64,000 bases of DNA, from the NCBI GenBank assembly GCA_016178595.1, contig JACOSY010000029.1, positions 17,002 through 81,001 on the forward strand. Reading direction: 5' to 3'. A program made the translations under genes and the position numbers. This document shows, one piece after another, positions 58,940 to 64,000 of the stretch (its first letter is position 1; every line of letters begins with the position of its first letter). The notes under the pieces are model-generated. The model saw nothing but the letters and a program-made list of their open reading frames with translations. It was not told the DNA's origin and searched no databases. This DNA comes from Ignavibacteria bacterium (GTDB lineage Bacteria; Bacteroidota; Ignavibacteria; UBA10030; SZUA-254).

Positions 58940-60448
58940 ATGACGCTGATTGAAACTTTTGGCTTCACTTCGCGCTTCTTGAAGAGACATGTCCGACGAC
59001 TCTTACACTATGGGGTCTTGGGAATCTTCGGAGCTGGCCTCATACTCACCGTGCTCACCGGTTGCGCCGTGAATCCTGTGACAGGCGAGCGGCAATTCAG
59101 TCTTATCAGTGAAGACCAGGAGATCCAGATGGGAAAAGAAGCCGACGAACAAATCGTTGCCTCGCTCGGTCTTTATCCCGACCAGGACTTGCAGCGGTAT
59201 GTTTCCGACTTAGGGATGAAACTCGCTGCCTCCTCTGAGCGGCCGAACCTTCCGTGGACATTCCGCGTCGTCGATGATCCCGTGGTGAATGCGTTTGCCA
59301 TTCCCGGAGGACATGTGTACATCACACGCGGCATTCTTGCTCACCTGGAGAACGAAGCAGAACTTGCCGGCGTGATGGGACACGAAGTCGGTCACGTGAC
59401 CGCGAAACATTCTGTGTCGCAAATGAGCAAGCAGCAACTGGCGCAGCTTGGGCTCGGTGTTGGCATGATCCTGAAGCCCGAGCTGCAGCAGTACGGACAA
59501 CTGGCAAGCGCCGGCCTTGGAGTTCTCTTCCTGAAATTCGGACGCGACGCCGAAAATCAGGCGGATGCGCTTGGCGTCCGCTATTCCAACAGGCTTGGCT
59601 ACGATCCTCATCAATTGATTAGCGTCATGACGACACTCGATCGCGTTACGCAAGCAGCTGGTGGCAGGGGAACTCCGGAATGGTTGTCGACGCATCCGGA
59701 TCCCGGCAACAGGAAAGAGAACATCAAGGCACAAATTGATACTCTCAGGCCGGGCACGGTTGGGAACAAGGTTGTTAGAGATCCGTACCTCAAACAAATC
59801 GACAATGTTATTTTCGGACAGAATCCTCGCGAAGGATTTTTTAAGGGAAATATGTTTCTTCAGCCGGATTTGAAATTCCGGTTTGAGTTTCCTGATGGAT
59901 GGAAGACGCAGAATCAAAAACAATCCGTCATTGGCGTTAGTGCGAATCAGGATGCGGCAATCCAGATCACGCTCGCCAAGGAGAAAACGGCAGATGCAGC
60001 CGCACGAGCATTCTTTTCCCAGCAAGGAATTTCGGCAGATGGTACTCGCTCATCGAATGTCCACGGTTTTTCGGCAAGTGCCGGAAATTTCACAGCACAA
60101 ACCGATCAAGGAGCCATGCAGGGAACTGTAATGTTTGTCGAGTACGGTGGGAATGTCTATCAGATTCTCGGCTATGGCAGTCAGCAATCTTGGTCGAACT
60201 ACGAATCCGCCGCGCGGAAATCAATCGGGAGCTTCGACAAGCTAACCGATCCCAAAGTGCTCAATGTTCAGCCGCAGCGGCTGAAGATCGTCAAGATCGA
60301 TCGGGCAATGACTCTTGAGCAATTCAACCAGCGCTATCCCTCGGCGGTCTCGATGGATATACTCGCACTCATCAACGAGGTACAACCGGGCGGTTTGCTG
60401 AAAGCGGGTCAGGAAGTAAAACAGGTGGTAGGCGAGAAGTTTGAGTAA
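58940..60448 (+). CDS. M48-family metalloprotease lipoprotein with extra C-terminal domains
   Basis: VLTGCAVNPVTG lipobox, VNAFAIPGG, GHEVGH (HExxH), ENQAD, STHP. Confidence 0.92.
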   Translation: MTLIETFGFTSRFLKRHVRRLLHYGVLGIFGAGLILTVLTGCAVNPVTGERQFSLISEDQEIQMGKEADEQIVASLGLYPDQDLQRYVSDLGMKLAASSERPNLPWTFRVVDDPVVNAFAIPGGHVYITRGILAHLENEAELAGVMGHEVGHVTAKHSVSQMSKQQLAQLGLGVGMILKPELQQYGQLASAGLGVLFLKFGRDAENQADALGVRYSNRLGYDPHQLISVMTTLDRVTQAAGGRGTPEWLSTHPDPGNRKENIKAQIDTLRPGTVGNKVVRDPYLKQIDNVIFGQNPREGFFKGNMFLQPDLKFRFEFPDGWKTQNQKQSVIGVSANQDAAIQITLAKEKTADAAARAFFSQQGISADGTRSSNVHGFSASAGNFTAQTDQGAMQGTVMFVEYGGNVYQILGYGSQQSWSNYESAARKSIGSFDKLTDPKVLNVQPQRLKIVKIDRAMTLEQFNQRYPSAVSMDILALINEVQPGGLLKAGQEVKQVVGEKFE

Positions 60449-60555
60449 TGAGATTTCAAGTCCTATCATCTCGATCGAGTCATTGTCTTTATTTGTTTTT
60501 GTACGTGTAGCGACAGTAAATAAGATTTGCATCTCAAGATTTCCATTCTCTCGCC

Positions 60556-63039
60556 ATGAGTCTCCTACCGATTGACGCTATCCTTCCAGACCTGCAATCT
60601 GCGTTGGAGAATGATCGGAATGTTGTTCTCTCTGCCGATCCGGGGGCAGGTAAAACAACGCGTGTTCCTCTCGCATTACTCGACGAGCCGTGGCTATCGA
60701 ACAAAAAAATCATCATGCTCGAGCCTCGCAGGCTCGCGGCACAGCGGGCAGCAGTTTTCATGGCAGGACAACTTGGCGAGAGAGTGGGTGAGACGGTCGG
60801 CTATCGCATCCGCGGAGAAAGTAGAATCGGCAAACGCACGCGCGTCGAAGTTGTGACCGAGGGAATCCTGACACGATTCCTTCAGAGTGACCCAACACTC
60901 CCCGATGTGGCTCTGATCATCTTCGATGAATTCCACGAGCGCAGTATTCACGCCGATCTCGGGCTTGTACTGACGCTGAACGTACAGGAACATCTGCGAA
61001 GCGATCTTCGCATTCTCGTCATGTCTGCGACGCTGGATGGAGTCGGTGTCGCATCGTTTCTCGGGGATGCTCGTGTTCTGCAAAGCACGGGACGAGCATA
61101 CCCGGTGACGACGCACTACCTCGAACGTATGCCCGAGCATCCAATTGAGCCGCAGACCGTCGCGACAATTTTGCGGGCACTGCGGGAAGAAGCGGGTGAT
61201 ATACTCGTCTTCCTTCCCGGCCAGCGTGAGATACGCCGCGTTGAATCACTCCTTATTGACAAAGAGCTTTCTCCTAATGTCGATGTTCACATGCTCTTTG
61301 GCGATGCCCAACCGGAAAAGCAGCGTGCAGCTCTTGTTCCTGCGCCACCGGGCCGTCGGAAAGTTATTCTCTCGACGAGCGTAGCGGAAACAAGCCTCAC
61401 GATCGATGGCGTCTGTGTGGTCGTTGATTCGGGACTTGCACGAAGTGCACGATTCGATCCACGACGAGGAATGTCTGGTCTCGTTACAGCGCCTGTCTCA
61501 CAAGCAAGCGCCGATCAGCGTCGGGGTCGTGCAGGCAGACAACAACCGGGCGCCTGTTACAGGTTGTGGACCGAGCATCAACACAATCAATTGCCGAAGT
61601 TCGCATCGCCGGAAATACTTGTTGCCGACCTTGCGCCCCTTGCACTTGAGCTTGCACGATGGGGAACACCGGAAGGTAAAAATCTTCGCTTCCTCGATCG
61701 GCCACCGGCTGTCCATCTCGCGCAAGCACGGGGACTTCTTACCCGACTTGGTGCACTGGACAACGAAGGGAGACTCACCAAACACGGACACGCCATGACT
61801 GAGCTGCCGATCCATCCTCGACTTGCTCACATGCTTCTCCGCGGCAAAGAGCTCGGCTTGGGCACTCTTGCATGCGATATCGCTGCGCTTTTGGAGGAAC
61901 GTGACGTGCTGCGCGGGACTCACGATTACGATATCGATCTCCATTCCCGATGGTTCTCGTTGCGCAAAGGTACTGTGCGCGATACCCTCGTACGCGACCG
62001 CATATGCGCCCAGGCTTCTCGATTCCGCGAACTCATCGGCGTGAACGATACTGTGCAGTCCGATCATCGACTCGGTATCTTGCTTGCGCTTGCGTATCCG
62101 GAGCGCATCGCGAAGCGTCGGGATGAACAGGGTGTGCGGTACCAGCTCTCCGGCGGCGCCGGAGCTCTCTTGCCCAAAGGAAGTATGCTCTCGCGCGATC
62201 AGTATCTTGCCGTCGCAGATGTCGATGGCGTCGGAAGCGAAGTCAAGGTGTTTCTTGCCGAGCCATTGACGGAGGATGACATCATACAAGTATTCCATGA
62301 TCAGCTTTCGACAATCGAGGACATACGCTGGGATGAGCGACAGGAGGCGGTCGTGGCAAGACGGGTGACACGCCTCGGTGTGATCGAGCTGTCGGAAACT
62401 CCGCTTTCACTCTCGAATAAGGAAGTAAAAGCGAAGATGATCGATGGGATTCGGATGATGAGGATCGATACACTCCCATGGAGGACGCATGAGATCTCAA
62501 TCCGTACACGGAGTGAATGGCTGCGAGCCTCAAGGCTTGTCGCGAGCGATTGGCCCAACCTCGGCGACGAACATCTCATGAACACGCTTGATGAATGGCT
62601 TGGGCCGTGCCTTGATGGTATCATGAAACGATCGCAGCTTGCCCGGCTTGACATGAGCACTCTCATGAATGCTCTGTTGAGCTACGAACAACTTCACCAT
62701 GTGGATCGTCTCGCCCCGACGCATCTCGTTGTTCCGACGGGTTCGCGCATCCCCGTGGAATACGGCGCAGGAGTACAGCCGGTACTTGCTGTACGCCTGC
62801 AGGAGATGTTTGGTCAAACGGAAACTCCAACCGTCGGGGGCGGAAAAGTAAAAGTAGTATTGCATCTTCTTTCGCCAGCACACCGGCCGCTTGCCGTCAC
62901 GCAAGACCTTCCCAGTTTCTGGAAAAACGCCTACCCCGATGTGCGAAAGGATATGCGCGGCAGGTACCCGAAACACCACTGGCCCGAGAATCCTCTCGAA
63001 GCTAAACCAACAAAGAGAACGAAACATCGAGCACGATAG
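60556..63039 (+). CDS. hrpB: ATP-dependent helicase HrpB
   Basis: PGAGKTT, EPRRLAA, DEFHERS, MSATL, TSVAETSLTIDG, QRRGRAGR, LAVRLQEMFG, YPKHHWP. Confidence 0.98.
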   Translation: MSLLPIDAILPDLQSALENDRNVVLSADPGAGKTTRVPLALLDEPWLSNKKIIMLEPRRLAAQRAAVFMAGQLGERVGETVGYRIRGESRIGKRTRVEVVTEGILTRFLQSDPTLPDVALIIFDEFHERSIHADLGLVLTLNVQEHLRSDLRILVMSATLDGVGVASFLGDARVLQSTGRAYPVTTHYLERMPEHPIEPQTVATILRALREEAGDILVFLPGQREIRRVESLLIDKELSPNVDVHMLFGDAQPEKQRAALVPAPPGRRKVILSTSVAETSLTIDGVCVVVDSGLARSARFDPRRGMSGLVTAPVSQASADQRRGRAGRQQPGACYRLWTEHQHNQLPKFASPEILVADLAPLALELARWGTPEGKNLRFLDRPPAVHLAQARGLLTRLGALDNEGRLTKHGHAMTELPIHPRLAHMLLRGKELGLGTLACDIAALLEERDVLRGTHDYDIDLHSRWFSLRKGTVRDTLVRDRICAQASRFRELIGVNDTVQSDHRLGILLALAYPERIAKRRDEQGVRYQLSGGAGALLPKGSMLSRDQYLAVADVDGVGSEVKVFLAEPLTEDDIIQVFHDQLSTIEDIRWDERQEAVVARRVTRLGVIELSETPLSLSNKEVKAKMIDGIRMMRIDTLPWRTHEISIRTRSEWLRASRLVASDWPNLGDEHLMNTLDEWLGPCLDGIMKRSQLARLDMSTLMNALLSYEQLHHVDRLAPTHLVVPTGSRIPVEYGAGVQPVLAVRLQEMFGQTETPTVGGGKVKVVLHLLSPAHRPLAVTQDLPSFWKNAYPDVRKDMRGRYPKHHWPENPLEAKPTKRTKHRAR

Positions 63040-63080
63040 ACGCATTGACTTTCCAGCATTTCACGATTCGGTATCGCTTC

Positions 63081-63109
63081 TTGCTACTTACACTTCGCCG
63101 ATGTATATT
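63081..63109 (+). promoter_or_regulatory. Sigma70-like promoter upstream of the RibD-C gene
   Basis: TTGCTA-17 nt-TATATT. Confidence 0.55.
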
Positions 63110-63146
63110 CGATTGCGCTGCCAGTATAGTTCCTTTGTCTTTTTGA

Positions 63147-63857
63147 ATGAATACCAACACACCGATATCAAAGCCGTACGTGCTTGTCAACTGCGCCGTC
63201 TCGCTTGACGGCTATCTTGATGATGCAAGCAACCAGCGACTTGTTCTCTCCAGTCCAGAAGACATTGATAGAGTTGATGCCGTGAGAGTGACCTGCGATG
63301 CCATACTCGTTGGCGCGAACACTATTCGTAAAGACAATCCGAGCCTTCTCATTCGATCAGAAGCACGTCGGCAAGAAAGGATCAAGCGAGGACTCTCATC
63401 AGATCCGACGAAGGTGACGCTTACAACGTCAGGAAAATTCGATCCAAGCTATCGTTTCTTCCAGGATGGACAAAGCGCCAAGCTTGTTTATTGCACCGAT
63501 GAAGTGGAAGGGTTTGTGAGAGAACGACTCGCGGGGGTTGCCGAAGTAATACCGTGTGGAGCGAACTCTATCAATCTGCCTCACATGCTTGCAGATCTCC
63601 ATCGGCGCGGAGTGAGGAAGTTGCTTGTCGAAGGGGGAAGCGAGGTCATCACCCAATTCCTCTCCGTCAATGTTGTCGACGAGTTGCAAATCTCTATCGC
63701 ACCATTTTTTGTCGGAGATGCCCGCGCGCCGAGATTTGTCAACTCCGCTTCCTTCCCTTTCAACAAGGATAGGCGAATGACACTCCATTCCGCCGAAAAG
63801 ATAGGAGACATGGCGCTGTTAACGTACTTTCCGAGCAGCCGCGCGCGGACTCTATAA
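63147..63857 (+). CDS. RibD C-terminal / DHFR-like reductase
   Basis: AVSLDGYL, DAILVGANTIRKDNPSL, LLVEGGSEV, VDEL...IAPFFVG. Confidence 0.9.
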   Translation: MNTNTPISKPYVLVNCAVSLDGYLDDASNQRLVLSSPEDIDRVDAVRVTCDAILVGANTIRKDNPSLLIRSEARRQERIKRGLSSDPTKVTLTTSGKFDPSYRFFQDGQSAKLVYCTDEVEGFVRERLAGVAEVIPCGANSINLPHMLADLHRRGVRKLLVEGGSEVITQFLSVNVVDELQISIAPFFVGDARAPRFVNSASFPFNKDRRMTLHSAEKIGDMALLTYFPSSRARTL

Positions 63858-63877
63858 TAGTGTACACTCGGTTACTC

Positions 63878-64000
63878 ATGGTCGATACTAAACAGAATAA
63901 TCTCGATGTCGAGCGGCTGAAGGAAGCGATCGAGTTATCCAGAAAATGTACGCCGGTGGATCGAGCGTTCTCCGTCGGCGCGATGGTGTTTGATAGAAAC
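63878..64000 (+). CDS. Start of a cytidine/dCMP-deaminase-fold protein (runs off the right edge)
   Basis: MVDTKQNNLDVERLKEAIELSRKCTPVDRAFSVGAMVFDRN resembles the N-terminus of RibD/CDA deaminases ('A..lA......p.VGAv'). Confidence 0.65.
   Translation, partial: MVDTKQNNLDVERLKEAIELSRKCTPVDRAFSVGAMVFDRN

Noticed and set aside
63040-63146. FMN riboswitch upstream of the RibD-C gene
   Set aside because: The spacer is too short and lacks the RFN consensus (AGGGCGGGGUG...CCGAC).
3740-63811. Many antisense or alternate-frame ORFs in the track (e.g. 3740-4423, 11373-11762, 23090-23731, 28044-29114, 40065-40841, 59210-60025, 61498-62298)
   Set aside because: They lie wholly on recognisable conserved genes, have no motifs, and show the shadow-ORF composition expected from GC-biased codon usage.

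Overview
Bacterial chromosomal window, about 64 kb and mostly housekeeping. T9SS C-terminal sorting domains, a PorZ-like protein, 'YPxPFNP' cargo tails and SD-type ribosome-binding sites point to the FCB group, most likely an Ignavibacteria-like lineage (inference). Layout: (1) a truncated secreted protein on the minus strand at the left edge, missing from the ORF track; (2) a 25-kb plus-strand run with polyprenyl synthase, ptsH-ptsI, PGI/PMI, a zincin-WD40-Omp85 protein plus a BamB-like lipoprotein and a PEGA protein, Crp, PHP, ribH, PorZ-like, PUR-like, GT2, yceD-rpmF-plsX-fabH-[frameshifted lipoprotein]-fabD-fabG-acpP-fabF-rnc, a second Omp85 and rsmE; (3) a minus-strand run with folate-dependent histidine utilisation genes (hutU, hutI, formiminotransferase, cyclodeaminase) separated by an accessory block; that block holds a frameshifted T9SS subtilase, a domain-shuffled BNR protein, a GNAT, a small Cys protein, two large unknown helical-repeat proteins and an HExxH protease; an M14 peptidase and a DUF355 gene follow hutU; (4) two cold-shock genes behind a roughly 345-nt structured leader, priA, EVE, DUF971 and a His-to-Asp DHp-only pseudo-kinase; (5) three nearly leaderless pilV/W/X-like genes divergent from a PilB/GspE ATPase; (6) EamA, LemA-TPM-TPM, a PLP decarboxylase, an M48 protease, hrpB, a RibD-C reductase and the start of a deaminase. 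I found no tRNA, rRNA, CRISPR array, integrase or transposase. The best candidates for undescribed biology are the Zn-ribbon/TPR/11-mer-helix plus TPR/SHOCT gene pair, the leaderless pilin-like module, the csp leader RNA and the pseudo-kinase. All family assignments come from recognising motifs by eye; no database search was run.
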